Of a stretch of DNA of 64,000 nt, positions 1 through 9,456 are shown one piece after another. Location of the stretch: the NCBI GenBank assembly GCA_905182255.1, contig CAJJAH010000001.1, forward strand, positions 345,508 to 409,507. The letters are read 5' to 3'. Position 1 is the stretch's first letter. Every line of letters starts with the position of its first letter. Under the pieces are notes generated by a model. That model had not been told where the DNA came from and ran no database searches. It worked only from the letters and a program-made list of their open reading frames with translations. The position numbers and the translations under genes are program-made. This DNA comes from Cryomorphaceae bacterium BACL11 MAG-121001-bin54. GTDB taxonomy: Bacteria > Bacteroidota > Bacteroidia > Flavobacteriales > BACL11.

Positions 1-823
1 GCAAAGGAAAAGGTTGGGTTATAACATTGTTTACACTAACGGATTGGACAACTCCACTCATAGTAGTAATATCATAGAGTAAATCAACATCTCCTATTAA
101 AATATTATCTGAGCAATTACCCGAGACAACCTCAATACTCTCTAAAAAATATGCAGAATTTGTTTGCACTGCTGAATATTGAACAATATATTCTCCTGGC
201 TGAGTGTAAATCTGGTCTGCTGGCTGGTCTAAATTACTAGTATTTCCATTGCCAAAATCCCAAACGTAAGATAGCATTCCCGTATTATTATTTACAAAAC
301 TTACTGTAAGGGGAGTACATCCTGAGGGGTTTGTCATTGCAAAACCAGCATTAGTAGAAGTGGATGTATCAGAAAATATTTCAATTGGGAGTATAAAAGA
401 AATATTTTCAGTTCCGGCAATTGACGAAAAACTATGAGTAGCCTCTAAATTAACCACAACATCATAAATACCCGGAACAAGAGCAAAACCTGAAATCTTC
501 ACGCATCCATATTGAGATATAACAGGGTCATAATGGCAACTATTAACTGAATTATTACATTCCCAAGTCAATCCAAGTGGCAATGAAATTGAAGTAATAT
601 GAAAATCTTCAAAAGTAACAGCAACACCACCATCAACAGTATCTAAAGGTAAAAAAAATGTCATATCCTCATCATAAAACTGGCCAATATAACCATCCGG
701 TAAAGAATCAGGATCTAATCCATAATTTGAACTAACAGGATAGTAGGTATAATCAATCGAACATTGTCCTGAAACAAAAAGAACACATATCAAAAATATA
801 AAACCAAATAATACTTTTTTCAT
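1..823 (-). CDS. Secreted PKD-domain protein, N-terminal part (3' end runs off the window start)
   Basis: Absent from the ORF track because no stop lies inside the window. Manual translation from ATG (823..821) stays open to base 2. It begins MKKVLFGFIFLICVLFVSGQCSIDYTYYP (signal peptide). Later comes NPSGCTPLTVSFVNNNTGMLSYVWDFGNGNTS...YTQPGEYIV, a PKD-type WDFGxG motif. Confidence 0.65.
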   Translation of the reverse strand, partial: MKKVLFGFIFLICVLFVSGQCSIDYTYYPVSSNYGLDPDSLPDGYIGQFYDEDMTFFLPLDTVDGGVAVTFEDFHITSISLPLGLTWECNNSVNSCHYDPVISQYGCVKISGFALVPGIYDVVVNLEATHSFSSIAGTENISFILPIEIFSDTSTSTNAGFAMTNPSGCTPLTVSFVNNNTGMLSYVWDFGNGNTSNLDQPADQIYTQPGEYIVQYSAVQTNSAYFLESIEVVSGNCSDNILIGDVDLLYDITTMSGVVQSVSVNNVITQPFPL

Positions 824-917
824 AATACAAGGTAATTTAAAAAGCAATATTACACTTTTTAAATAACATCATAAATCATTTTAAAAATTCAGAGAAAATT
901 AAGTGCATTATTTAAAT

Positions 918-947
918 AAAAAAACCCGATAAATCGGGCTTTTTTTT
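918..947 (-). terminator. Rho-independent terminator downstream of ahcY (symmetrical, could act in both directions)
   Basis: aaaaaaaCCCGAtaaaTCGGGcttttttt: 5-bp GC stem flanked by an A-run and a T-run, about 20 nt after the ahcY stop at 968. Confidence 0.7.
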
Positions 948-967
948 GTGATATTATTTGCTAAACA

Positions 968-2269
968 CTAATATCTATAGTATTCTGGCTTGTACGGCCC
1001 CTCAACTGTTACTCCAATATATTCAGCCTGATCATTACGAAGTGTTTCTAGCTCTACTCCAATTTTTGCTAAATGTAATCTAGCAACCTTTTCATCCAAA
1101 TGTTTAGGTAACATATAAACTTCATTTTTGTAGGCATCTGCATTTTTCCATAGCTCTAATTGGGCTAATACTTGATTTGTAAATGAATTAGACATTACAA
1201 AAGAAGGGTGTCCTGTACCACACCCTAAATTCACTAATCTGCCTTCTGCCAATAAGATTATATCTTTTCCATCAATAGTATACATGTCTACTTGTGGTTT
1301 TACAGTATCTTTCGTATGTCCCCAATTATCATTCAGCCATGAAACATCAATTTCATTATCGAAATGACCAATATTACAAACAATTGTTTTGTCTTTCATC
1401 CACTCAAAATGACGAGATTGAATAATATCCTTATTTCCTGTCGTTGTTACAATTATATCTGCATTTCTACACGCGTCATCCATTCTTTTTACTGCAAAAC
1501 CATCCATCGCAGCCTGTAAAGCGCAAATTGGATCAATTTCTGTAACGATAACTCTAGCTCCAGCACCTTTAAGTGATGCTGCAGAACCTTTACCTACATC
1601 TCCATAACCAGCTACAACTGCAACTTTACCTGCCATCATCACATCAGTTGCTCTTCTAATCGCATCTACTAATGACTCCTTGCAACCGTACTTATTATCA
1701 AATTTTGATTTAGTAACTGAATCGTTAATATTAATGGCTGGAACAAAAAGAGTACCCTTTTCCATCCTCTCGTACAATCTATGAACTCCAGTAGTAGTTT
1801 CTTCAGAAAGCCCTTTTATATCAGCTATCATTTCTGGAAACCTATCAAAAACCATATTGGTTAGATCACCACCATCATCTAAAATCATATTCAAAGATTT
1901 ACCATCTTTAAAAGAAGTAAGTGTTTGTAAGATACACCAATCAAATTCCTCTTCGTTTAAACCTTTCCATGCAAAAACTGGTACTCCCGAAGCAGCAATT
2001 GCAGCTGCCGCCTGATCCTGAGTTGAAAATATATTACAAGATGACCACGTTACTTCAGCTCCCAAATGAACTAAAGTTTCTATTAAAACAGCCGTTTGAA
2101 TTGTCATGTGTAAACAGCCAGCAATTCTTGCTCCTGATAATGGTTTACTATCACCAAACTCCTCTCTAATGGATATTAATCCTGGCATTTCAGCCTCTGC
2201 CAAATTGATTTCTTTTCTTCCCCATTCTGCTAATGAGATATCTTTTACTTTATAATTCATATTTTCCAT
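968..2269 (-). CDS. ahcY: Adenosylhomocysteinase (S-adenosyl-L-homocysteine hydrolase)
   Basis: 433 aa. Family-typical N-terminus [26 protein letters not shown]-binding GYGDVGKG, C-terminal PYKPEYYRY. Confidence 0.95.
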   Translation of the reverse strand: MENMNYKVKDISLAEWGRKEINLAEAEMPGLISIREEFGDSKPLSGARIAGCLHMTIQTAVLIETLVHLGAEVTWSSCNIFSTQDQAAAAIAASGVPVFAWKGLNEEEFDWCILQTLTSFKDGKSLNMILDDGGDLTNMVFDRFPEMIADIKGLSEETTTGVHRLYERMEKGTLFVPAININDSVTKSKFDNKYGCKESLVDAIRRATDVMMAGKVAVVAGYGDVGKGSAASLKGAGARVIVTEIDPICALQAAMDGFAVKRMDDACRNADIIVTTTGNKDIIQSRHFEWMKDKTIVCNIGHFDNEIDVSWLNDNWGHTKDTVKPQVDMYTIDGKDIILLAEGRLVNLGCGTGHPSFVMSNSFTNQVLAQLELWKNADAYKNEVYMLPKHLDEKVARLHLAKIGVELETLRNDQAEYIGVTVEGPYKPEYYRY

Positions 2270-2279
2270 TTTTTTAGGA

Positions 2280-2309
2280 TTGCAAAGATAATCATAATTA
2301 TTATATTTG
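2280..2309 (+). promoter_or_regulatory. Putative Bacteroidota promoter (-33 TTG, -7 TAnnTTTG) for the PPTase gene
   Basis: TTG (2280..2282), 19 nt spacer, TATATTTG (2302..2309). The box ends 19 nt before the ATG at 2329. Confidence 0.55.
2283..2290 (-). promoter_or_regulatory. Putative Bacteroidota sigma-A -7 box (TAnnTTTG) for ahcY
   Basis: Minus-strand TATCTTTG, 13 nt upstream of the ahcY ATG. Confidence 0.45.
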
Positions 2310-2328
2310 CAGTCATCAAATAAGTCTT

Positions 2329-2856
2329 ATGCCAATAATTCATAAAATAGAGGAGAAGGAAATCACTATCTTGGTGTGGGAAATGACAGAAACACTAGAA
2401 GAATTACAGGTCTTATTAGGAAGATTAAATATTAGCAATCATACGTCTGAAAAAAGGAAAAAAGAACAATTGACAACTCGATTGTTATTGAAAGAAATTC
2501 TACCAAATAAAACAATAATTTACAATAAATTTGGGGCCCCTAAATTAGACAATGGTCAACATATCTCTATTTCTCATTCCGCAGATTTAGTTGCCATTAT
2601 TATTAGTGACGAAAAAACAGGATTAGACATTGAACAAATATCAGAAAAAACATTACATTTAGCTTCCAAATTTGTTTCAGAAAAAAACTTAATTAATCTA
2701 AACAAAGAAAAATCAACTTTAACATGGTGTTTAAAAGAAGCTATTTACAAATGGCATCAAAAAGGAGGAATTGATTTTATAAAAGACATCATAATTCCTG
2801 AATTCTTTGCAAAAAAAAATGGCAAAGTAACAGCATATTTCAGGGAAAAAAATTAA
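2329..2856 (+). CDS. 4'-phosphopantetheinyl transferase superfamily protein (Sfp/EntD-like)
   Basis: 175 aa. Contains ISISHS...GLDIE and the W..KEA.YK motifs characteristic of PPTases. Confidence 0.7.
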   Translation: MPIIHKIEEKEITILVWEMTETLEELQVLLGRLNISNHTSEKRKKEQLTTRLLLKEILPNKTIIYNKFGAPKLDNGQHISISHSADLVAIIISDEKTGLDIEQISEKTLHLASKFVSEKNLINLNKEKSTLTWCLKEAIYKWHQKGGIDFIKDIIIPEFFAKKNGKVTAYFREKN

Positions 2857-2894
2857 ATTTAAACTACCTAAAAATAAATAATCACTATTTAGTG

Positions 2895-2902
2895 TATGTT
2901 TG
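2895..2902 (+). promoter_or_regulatory. Putative -7 box (TAnnTTTG)
   Basis: TATGTTTG, 70 nt upstream of the ATG at 2973. Confidence 0.35.
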
Positions 2903-2972
2903 CAACTAAAATAGACCATAGATATTAGCTAGAATTCTTACTTCTAATATCTCAGTAATAAAATCCAAATTA

Positions 2973-3710
2973 ATGAATATCTACAATCAAATTCTAGCAA
3001 ATAAAAAAGAAGGAAAGAAATCATTTGCCCTACTTATTGATCCTGACAAACAAAATGAATCAGAATTAATTATAATTATTGAAAAAGCAAAACAAGCAAA
3101 AACAGATTACTTTTTTGTTGGAGGCTCTTTACTTACTAATGATAGTTTAGATTCCTGCATAACTACATTAAAAGAAAATTCTGACATTCCTATAGTACTT
3201 TTTCCTGGAAACGCAATGCAAGTAAACGACAAAGCTGATGGAATACTATTTCTTTCTTTAATCTCAGGAAGAAATGCTGAGATGCTTATAGGCAGACAAG
3301 TGATCACAGCACCAATTTTAAAAAAATCTTCTTTAGAAGTTCTACCTACGGGCTATATGCTCATTGATAGCGGAAAACCAACTACCGTTTCCTACATGAG
3401 TAATACTACTCCAATACCTGCTGAAAAGAATGCAGTAGCAGCTTGCACTGCCATGGCAGGTGAAATGTTAGGACTAAAACTTATTTTCATGGATGGTGGA
3501 AGTGGAGCGCAAAACCCAATTTCAGAAGAAATGATTACTTCAGTTAGCGAATCAGTTGACACCCCTTTAATTATTGGAGGGGGAATAAGCAGTGGTAAAA
3601 AAGCAGCAGCCAATTGTAAGGCTGGAGCCGATATTATTGTTGTTGGAAACGCTATTGAAAAAAATCAAAATCTGATTATTGAAATTGCTAATGCAGTACA
3701 TAATTGCTAA
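2973..3710 (+). CDS. pcrB: Geranylgeranylglyceryl / heptaprenylglyceryl phosphate synthase family protein (PcrB/GGGPS)
   Basis: 245 aa TIM-barrel pattern: FFVGGS, VLFPGN, LIFMDGGSGA, PLIIGGGI, IVVGNA. This matches the GGGPS/PcrB family. Confidence 0.8.
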   Translation: MNIYNQILANKKEGKKSFALLIDPDKQNESELIIIIEKAKQAKTDYFFVGGSLLTNDSLDSCITTLKENSDIPIVLFPGNAMQVNDKADGILFLSLISGRNAEMLIGRQVITAPILKKSSLEVLPTGYMLIDSGKPTTVSYMSNTTPIPAEKNAVAACTAMAGEMLGLKLIFMDGGSGAQNPISEEMITSVSESVDTPLIIGGGISSGKKAAANCKAGADIIVVGNAIEKNQNLIIEIANAVHNC

Positions 3711-3970
3711 TGCTTTGCTCAGTGGAAATATCAATGTACCCTTTAAAAGAAGACTTTAAACCTTCAATTATTGCTTTCATTAAGAATTTGAGAAAATATT
3801 CTTTCTTAAAAGTAGATGTAAACGGGATGAGTACCCAAGTATTTGGAGAATATAAAAGTTTAATGAATGCTATAAACACTGAAATGGAAAATACTTTTCT
3901 AAATGAAAATTCAGTAGTATTTAACTTAAAAGTAATCAATTCATACTTAGAAGAAAAACCAAATTTTTAA
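3704..3970 (+). CDS. Small MTH1187/YkoF-like (DUF77-type) putative thiamine/HMP-binding protein
   Basis: 88 aa. VEISMYPL...GMSTQVFGE...V.NLKV follows the ferredoxin-like pattern of the family. Overlaps the pcrB stop by 7 nt. Confidence 0.45.
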   Translation: MLMLCSVEISMYPLKEDFKPSIIAFIKNLRKYSFLKVDVNGMSTQVFGEYKSLMNAINTEMENTFLNENSVVFNLKVINSYLEEKPNF

Positions 3971-3975
3971 ATTAA

Positions 3976-4572
3976 GTGGGGGATATTTTACAAATCATTT
4001 CACAGCTTAATTTCAATTGGAGCATAATTGAAAGTACTGCAGTATTTTTCAGTGTCCTTTATGTAATACTTGCTATAAAAGAAAATGTTTGGTGCTGGGG
4101 GGCAGCTGCAATAAGCGTGATCCTTTACATCTACATTTGCTACTCGGCACAACTATACCCAGAAACAGGTTTGCAATTCTTCTATTTACTTATGGCATTT
4201 TACGGCTATTATCAGTGGAATAAGAATGACAATAGCTTAAAGATACAGCAATGGACAATAACTAAGCATTTGTTCATTTTGCTATTAGGAGCGTTACTTA
4301 CTTTTTTAATGGGTTTTTACTTCAGTATTTACACAAATGCAGCTATGCCTTTAGTAGATTCTTTTACTACTGTATTTTCGGTTTTTGCCACTTACATGGT
4401 TACAAAAAAAGTATTAGGGAATTGGCTTTACTGGATAGTGATTGATGCAGTATCTGTTTACCTCTATTTTAGTAGAGACTTACACCTTACCTCTTTGCTC
4501 TTTATTGTCTATACTCTTATTGCAATTTTTGGATATTTCTCTTGGTTAAAACGCAATAATGAACTTGCATAA
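3976..4572 (+). CDS. pnuC: PnuC-family nicotinamide riboside (or related vitamin) transporter
   Basis: 198 aa, about 7 TM segments, with ENVWCWG and YGYYQW motifs typical of PnuC. GTG start. Confidence 0.8.
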   Translation: MGDILQIISQLNFNWSIIESTAVFFSVLYVILAIKENVWCWGAAAISVILYIYICYSAQLYPETGLQFFYLLMAFYGYYQWNKNDNSLKIQQWTITKHLFILLLGALLTFLMGFYFSIYTNAAMPLVDSFTTVFSVFATYMVTKKVLGNWLYWIVIDAVSVYLYFSRDLHLTSLLFIVYTLIAIFGYFSWLKRNNELA

Positions 4573-5070
4573 AATTATTATAACAGGACCAGAAAGTAGC
4601 GGAAAAACTACTTTATGTGAGCAGCTATCTAAGCATTTCAATCATTCCATTTACTAAAGAATTTGCTCGATCATATCTTGACAATTTAGATAGAAGTTAT
4701 ATACTAGGATGACCTTACTATCCATTGCAAAAGGACAATTACAAATCTGAGTTAAATGGTCTACAACTATTAGATACTGACTTAATCACATTAAAAATTT
4801 GGAGCGAATACAAATACGGCAGTTGTGATAAGTGGATTTTAGACTCAAATTGAAAAACAAAAAATAGAAAAACGTTTTTATCTTTTATGTAAGCCTGATA
4901 TTACTTGGCAGGAAGATAAGCAAAGAGAAAACCCAAATGACAGAGATGCCCTTTTTGAAATTTACAAACAGGAGTTAGATGATTTAGAGCACAACTACTT
5001 TATTGTAGAAGGAGAGAATAGGATAGAAAACTCTATCTCAAAAATATCGCCTCTAATATCCATTATCTAA
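4559..5070 (+). pseudogene. Decayed NadR-type ATPase / ribosylnicotinamide kinase-like gene (multiple frameshifts and in-frame stops)
   Basis: ATG at 4559 gives MNLHKIIITGPESSGKTTLCEQLSKHFNHSIY* (P-loop). Homology then continues in other frames: PFTKEFARSYLDNLDRSYILG* (TGA at 4710), SIAKGQLQ, ELNGLQLLDTDLITLKIWSEYKYGSCDKWILDS. An intact tail follows: IEKQKIEKRFYLLCKPDITWQEDKQRENPNDRDALFEIYKQELDDLEHNYFIVEGENRIENSISKISPLISII* (stop at 5068..5070). No ORF of 60 aa or more is in the track here. Confidence 0.75.
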
Positions 5071-5092
5071 AATCTATTTATACTTTTACACC

Positions 5093-5172
5093 ATCTTAAA
5101 AGGGGTGCCGAAAGGCTGAGATCACACCCATTGAACCTGAGGTGGTAATTCATCATAGGAAAATGAGTTTTC
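5093..5172 (+). promoter_or_regulatory. TPP (THI-box) riboswitch
   Basis: AGGGGUGCCGAAAGGCUGAGAUCACACCCAUUGAACCUGAGGUGGUAAUUCAUCAUAGGAAAA contains the conserved GGGGUGC, GCUGAGA, ACCC, UGAACCUGA, GGUAAU and AGGAA blocks in canonical order. It lies 60 nt upstream of the TonB-dependent receptor ATG. Confidence 0.85.
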
Positions 5173-5230
5173 ATTAAATAAACATGCGTTAACCCTATTA
5201 TGCGTGTAATGTTAACTAAAAAAATAAAAA

Positions 5231-7435
5231 ATGTTTAACAAAAAAAATTGCATGACTGCACTGCTTGCTTTACCATTTATTGGTTTTGCGCAGCAAAAAA
5301 CGGATACTATTGCTATCCAAAAACTAGTGAAGGAAGTAAATGTAAATGCTTTAAGAGCTGGAGAAAAAACACCAGTAGCATTTACAAATATTTCAGAAGC
5401 TGAGATTGAAAAAGGAAACCTAGGACAGGATTTACCTTACTTGATTTCATTAACTCCCTCAGTAGTTACCACATCAGATGCAGGAGCAGGAGTTGGTTAC
5501 TCAGGATTCCGTATAAGAGGTTCTGACCCAACACGTATAAACGTAACAGTAAACGGAATTCCTTTAAACGATTCTGAAAGCCAGGGTGTATGGTGGGTAA
5601 ATATGCCTGATTTTTCATCTTCTATTGAAAATATTCAAATTCAAAGAGGTGTTGGAACTTCAACTAATGGCAGCTCTGCTTTTGGCGCATCGGTTAACTT
5701 AAAAACTGATGGATTAAATAAGGAAGCTTATGCTATTACCAATAATTCGGTTGGAAGTTTTTCAACTCTTAAAAATAATGTTGAATTTGGCACAGGATTA
5801 TTAAATGGGAAGTTTGCTTTTGATGGTCGTTTATCCAAAATATCATCTGATGGTTATATTGATAGAGCAACATCTGATTTAAAATCATTATACTTACAAG
5901 GAACTTATTTTGGAAAAAAATCTGTACTTAAAGGAATTGTATTTTCAGGTCACGAACTCACTTATCAGGCTTGGAATGGTGTACCCTTAAATTACTTAGA
6001 CACCAACAGAACATACAATAGCTATACTTATGAAAATGAGGTTGACAATTACAGACAAACACATTATCAATTGCATTATAGTCAGCAATTAAGTGATGTT
6101 ACTAACTTTAATATTGCAGGACATTACACTCATGGTGAAGGGTACTACGAACAAGAAAAACTTAACCAATCACTTAATGCTTACGGGTTACAGGATATTG
6201 TTATAGGAAACGACACAATTACTGCAACTAATCTTGTTAGAAGAAAATGGTTAAATAATGACTTTGGAGGATTTACTTATTCACTGAACCATAAAATGGG
6301 AGATCTAGATCTTACTTTTGGTGGAGCAAACTCTACTTACTCTGGTCAGCATTATGGGAATGTAATCTGGGCTCAATATGCAAGTGACGCATCTTTCAAC
6401 CATCAATACTACTGGAATAAAGCTGAAAAATTAGACAATAATTTCTTTGTTAAAGCAAACTACAAATACAGTGAGTCTACTCAAGTTTATATTGATTTAC
6501 AAAGAAGAATAATTGATTATGTTTTTGAAGGATTAGATGGTAATGGAAATCCAGCTGAACAAGAAGTAAATCTTCAATTCTTTAATCCTAAATTTGGCTT
6601 TCATCATACTTTAAATGAAAGTCAAGTCCTTTACGCTTCATTTGGTGTAGCTAACAAAGAACCTAACAGAAGTGACTATACTGAAAGCAGTGCTGAATCT
6701 CGCCCAACGCACGAAACACTTTACGATACTGAAATAGGATATAAGCAAGTGGGAGATAAAATGACTTTTGGAGCTAATTTTTATTTTATGAACTATGAAA
6801 ATCAATTGGTTATGACTGGTAAAATGAATGATGTTGGAGGAAGAACGCATGTAAATGTTACTGAATCATTCCGAAAAGGAATTGAAGTTGAAGGGACTTA
6901 CAAGCTAACAAACAAATTAACTTGGGCAGCTAACATGACCTTAAGTGAAAACAAAATTGTAACTCCATTTATTGAGGATGTTGACAACTGGGACACTGGA
7001 GGGGTGGAGCAGGTTACTCATGAAAATACAGACTTAGCATTTTCACCAAATATCATCTGGACTTCACAGTTTAACTACCAGATTGACAAAAACACAAGTA
7101 TTGATTTTATCAGCAAATATGTTGGCGAGCAGTTTATAGATAATACTTCATCAGAAGATAGAATGTTGAGCGACTACTTAGTGAATCATTTGCGATTGAC
7201 ATATGATTGGGAAAGCAAGATTTTCAAAACTACAAAAGTGAGTTTACAAGTAAATAACCTGTTTAACAATGAGTATGTAAATAAAGCCTGGGTATATCGC
7301 TTCATTTCTGACAGCTGGGACCCAAGAGAAAGCGACCATTATGTAAATAAGGATAGTGAAAAAGGATATAATATGGCAGGATATTTTCCCCAGGCAACAA
7401 GAAATTATCTTTTAGGACTTACATTAGGATTTTAA
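5231..7435 (+). CDS. TonB-dependent outer-membrane receptor (riboswitch context suggests thiamine or thiamine-precursor uptake)
   Basis: 734 aa. Signal peptide, plug-domain motifs (RIRGS, INGIPLND), a long beta-barrel, and a terminal ...LGLTLGF. The preceding TPP riboswitch supports the substrate guess. Confidence 0.9.
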   Translation: MFNKKNCMTALLALPFIGFAQQKTDTIAIQKLVKEVNVNALRAGEKTPVAFTNISEAEIEKGNLGQDLPYLISLTPSVVTTSDAGAGVGYSGFRIRGSDPTRINVTVNGIPLNDSESQGVWWVNMPDFSSSIENIQIQRGVGTSTNGSSAFGASVNLKTDGLNKEAYAITNNSVGSFSTLKNNVEFGTGLLNGKFAFDGRLSKISSDGYIDRATSDLKSLYLQGTYFGKKSVLKGIVFSGHELTYQAWNGVPLNYLDTNRTYNSYTYENEVDNYRQTHYQLHYSQQLSDVTNFNIAGHYTHGEGYYEQEKLNQSLNAYGLQDIVIGNDTITATNLVRRKWLNNDFGGFTYSLNHKMGDLDLTFGGANSTYSGQHYGNVIWAQYASDASFNHQYYWNKAEKLDNNFFVKANYKYSESTQVYIDLQRRIIDYVFEGLDGNGNPAEQEVNLQFFNPKFGFHHTLNESQVLYASFGVANKEPNRSDYTESSAESRPTHETLYDTEIGYKQVGDKMTFGANFYFMNYENQLVMTGKMNDVGGRTHVNVTESFRKGIEVEGTYKLTNKLTWAANMTLSENKIVTPFIEDVDNWDTGGVEQVTHENTDLAFSPNIIWTSQFNYQIDKNTSIDFISKYVGEQFIDNTSSEDRMLSDYLVNHLRLTYDWESKIFKTTKVSLQVNNLFNNEYVNKAWVYRFISDSWDPRESDHYVNKDSEKGYNMAGYFPQATRNYLLGLTLGF

Positions 7436-7466
7436 AAAGCTTCTTAATAAATCAATATTCAATTAA

Positions 7467-7496
7467 AAGCCCGCTAATTAGGTGGGCTTTTTTATT
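7467..7496 (+). terminator. Rho-independent terminator after the TonB-dependent receptor gene
   Basis: AAGCCCGC-taattag-GTGGGCTT stem (one G.U pair) followed by TTTTT. Confidence 0.65.
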
Positions 7497-7503
7497 ACTT
7501 TTG
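7496..7503 (+). promoter_or_regulatory. Putative -7 box (TAnnTTTG) for the DUF4290-murA-tlpA operon
   Basis: TACTTTTG, 17 nt upstream of the ATG at 7521. Confidence 0.45.
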
Positions 7504-7520
7504 TAAATAAATAAATTTTC

Positions 7521-8141
7521 ATGGAATACAATACAGAACGAGAACACCTTATCATACCAGAGTATGGAAGACATGTGCAAAGAATGATAAACCATGCAAC
7601 CTCATTATCAGATAAAGCTGAACAACAAAAATGTGTGGATGCTATTATTGCTTTTATGGGACAAATGAATCCTCACTTTCGTGATGTAAAGGAATTCACA
7701 CACAAGCTCTGGGACCACCTGCATATTATGTCTGATTTCAAATTAGAGATTGACTCTCCTTATCAAAAACCAGCAATGGAAAAACTAGCAGAGCGGCCTG
7801 AAAAAATGATCTACCCTGGTAATAAAATAAAATTTTCTTATTATGGCAACACAGTTCAAACCATGATTGAGTCAGCTTTAAAAATGGAAGGAGATGAAAA
7901 AGAGATATTGACAGGAATGATTGCTAACCAAATGAAGAAATCTTATATTCTTTTTAACGAAAGCTCAGTAGACAACAACATGATACGACTTCATCTTAAG
8001 CAAATGTCAAACAATAAACTTATTCTATCTAGCGATTTTGAGTTTATCCGTTCAGCATCTGTAAGACAAGGTGCTGGAAATAGTTCTAGTAAAAAGACCA
8101 ATAGTAAAAAGAAAAATTATAAAAAGAACTATAAACAATAA
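7521..8141 (+). CDS. DUF4290 domain-containing protein
   Basis: 206 aa. N-terminus MEYNTEREHLIIPEYGRHVQRMI and its position directly upstream of murA are as I recall for this Bacteroidota family. Lys-rich tail. Confidence 0.65.
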   Translation: MEYNTEREHLIIPEYGRHVQRMINHATSLSDKAEQQKCVDAIIAFMGQMNPHFRDVKEFTHKLWDHLHIMSDFKLEIDSPYQKPAMEKLAERPEKMIYPGNKIKFSYYGNTVQTMIESALKMEGDEKEILTGMIANQMKKSYILFNESSVDNNMIRLHLKQMSNNKLILSSDFEFIRSASVRQGAGNSSSKKTNSKKKNYKKNYKQ

Positions 8142-8146
8142 AATAG

Positions 8147-9454
8147 ATGGCTACATTTAAGGTAAAGGGAGGAATTAAACTTAAAGGTGATTTACACCCT
8201 CAAGGAGCAAAAAATGAAGCGCTACAAGTATTGTGTGCAGTATTATTAACTCCTAATGAAGTAATCATGGAAAATGTACCAGATATCCGTGATGTAAATA
8301 TTCTAATTGATCTTTTACGTGATTTAAATGTTAATGTTAAACGCATAAAAGAATCAACTTATAGCTTTAAAGCAGACAAGGTCAATATTGACTACCTCTC
8401 ATCGGAAGACTACAAAGTAAAAAGTAGTCGTATTAGAGGCTCAATCATGATAGTTGGTCCTTTATTAGCTCGATACGGAAAAGGATATATTCCAAGACCA
8501 GGAGGAGATAAAATAGGTAGGAGAAGATTAGATACACATTTTATAGGTTTTGAAAAATTAGGTGCAAATTTTGTATATGATAGCAAAGAAGAGTTTTACA
8601 GGGTTACTGCTGAACAATTAAAAGGAACAGATATGCTCCTTGATGAAGCATCAGTAACAGGAACAGCAAACATTGTAATGACAGCAGTTATGGCGAAGGG
8701 TAAAACAAGTATTTACAACGCTGCTTGCGAACCTTATTTACAGCAACTTTGCAAAATGCTAAACTCTATGGGAGCTCAAATCACTGGAATTGGATCTAAC
8801 TTATTACACATTGAAGGTGTTGAAAATTTAACAGGATGCACGCACAGAATCCTACCTGATATGATTGAAATTGGTTCCTTTATTGGCTTGGCGGCCATAA
8901 CAAAATCAGAGATTACCATCAAAAATGTTTGTTATGATGAATTAGGATTAATTCCATCTGTTTTTAAAAAACTAGGAATAAAAATTCAGAGAAAAGGAGA
9001 TGATATTTATATTCCTGAACAAGAAAGTTATGAAATACAATCATTTATTGATGGTTCAATTTTAACAATTTCTGACGCACCTTGGCCAGGATTTACTCCT
9101 GATTTATTAAGTATTATTCTGGTAGTTGCATCTCAAGCTAAAGGCACTGTTCTTGTACATCAAAAAATGTTTGAATCACGCCTTTTCTTTGTTGATAAGC
9201 TCATTGATATGGGAGCACAAATTATTTTATGCGACCCGCACAGAGCAACTGTAATTGGACTCAATCATCAATTCCAATTTAAGCCAACTACAATGACTTC
9301 TCCTGATATTCGCGCAGGAGTTTCTCTTTTATTAGCCGCCCTTGCTGCTGATGGAGAAAGCACTATCCATAATGTTGAGCAAATTGATAGAGGATACCAA
9401 AATATTGATACTAGATTAAATGCAATTGGTGCTCAAATAACAAGAATAAACTAA
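8147..9454 (+). CDS. murA: UDP-N-acetylglucosamine 1-carboxyvinyltransferase
   Basis: 435 aa. FKVKGG.KLKGDL.PQGAKNEALQVL start and EPSP-synthase fold motifs throughout. Confidence 0.95.
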   Translation: MATFKVKGGIKLKGDLHPQGAKNEALQVLCAVLLTPNEVIMENVPDIRDVNILIDLLRDLNVNVKRIKESTYSFKADKVNIDYLSSEDYKVKSSRIRGSIMIVGPLLARYGKGYIPRPGGDKIGRRRLDTHFIGFEKLGANFVYDSKEEFYRVTAEQLKGTDMLLDEASVTGTANIVMTAVMAKGKTSIYNAACEPYLQQLCKMLNSMGAQITGIGSNLLHIEGVENLTGCTHRILPDMIEIGSFIGLAAITKSEITIKNVCYDELGLIPSVFKKLGIKIQRKGDDIYIPEQESYEIQSFIDGSILTISDAPWPGFTPDLLSIILVVASQAKGTVLVHQKMFESRLFFVDKLIDMGAQIILCDPHRATVIGLNHQFQFKPTTMTSPDIRAGVSLLLAALAADGESTIHNVEQIDRGYQNIDTRLNAIGAQITRIN

Positions 9455-9456
9455 TT

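Noticed and set aside
4559-5070. Programmed ribosomal frameshifting, or a sequencing error, in the NadR-like gene.
   Set aside because: At least three frame changes plus in-frame stops are needed to restore the protein. That is too many for a programmed event. The neighbouring genes show no comparable damage. An error in homopolymer runs cannot be fully excluded without reads.
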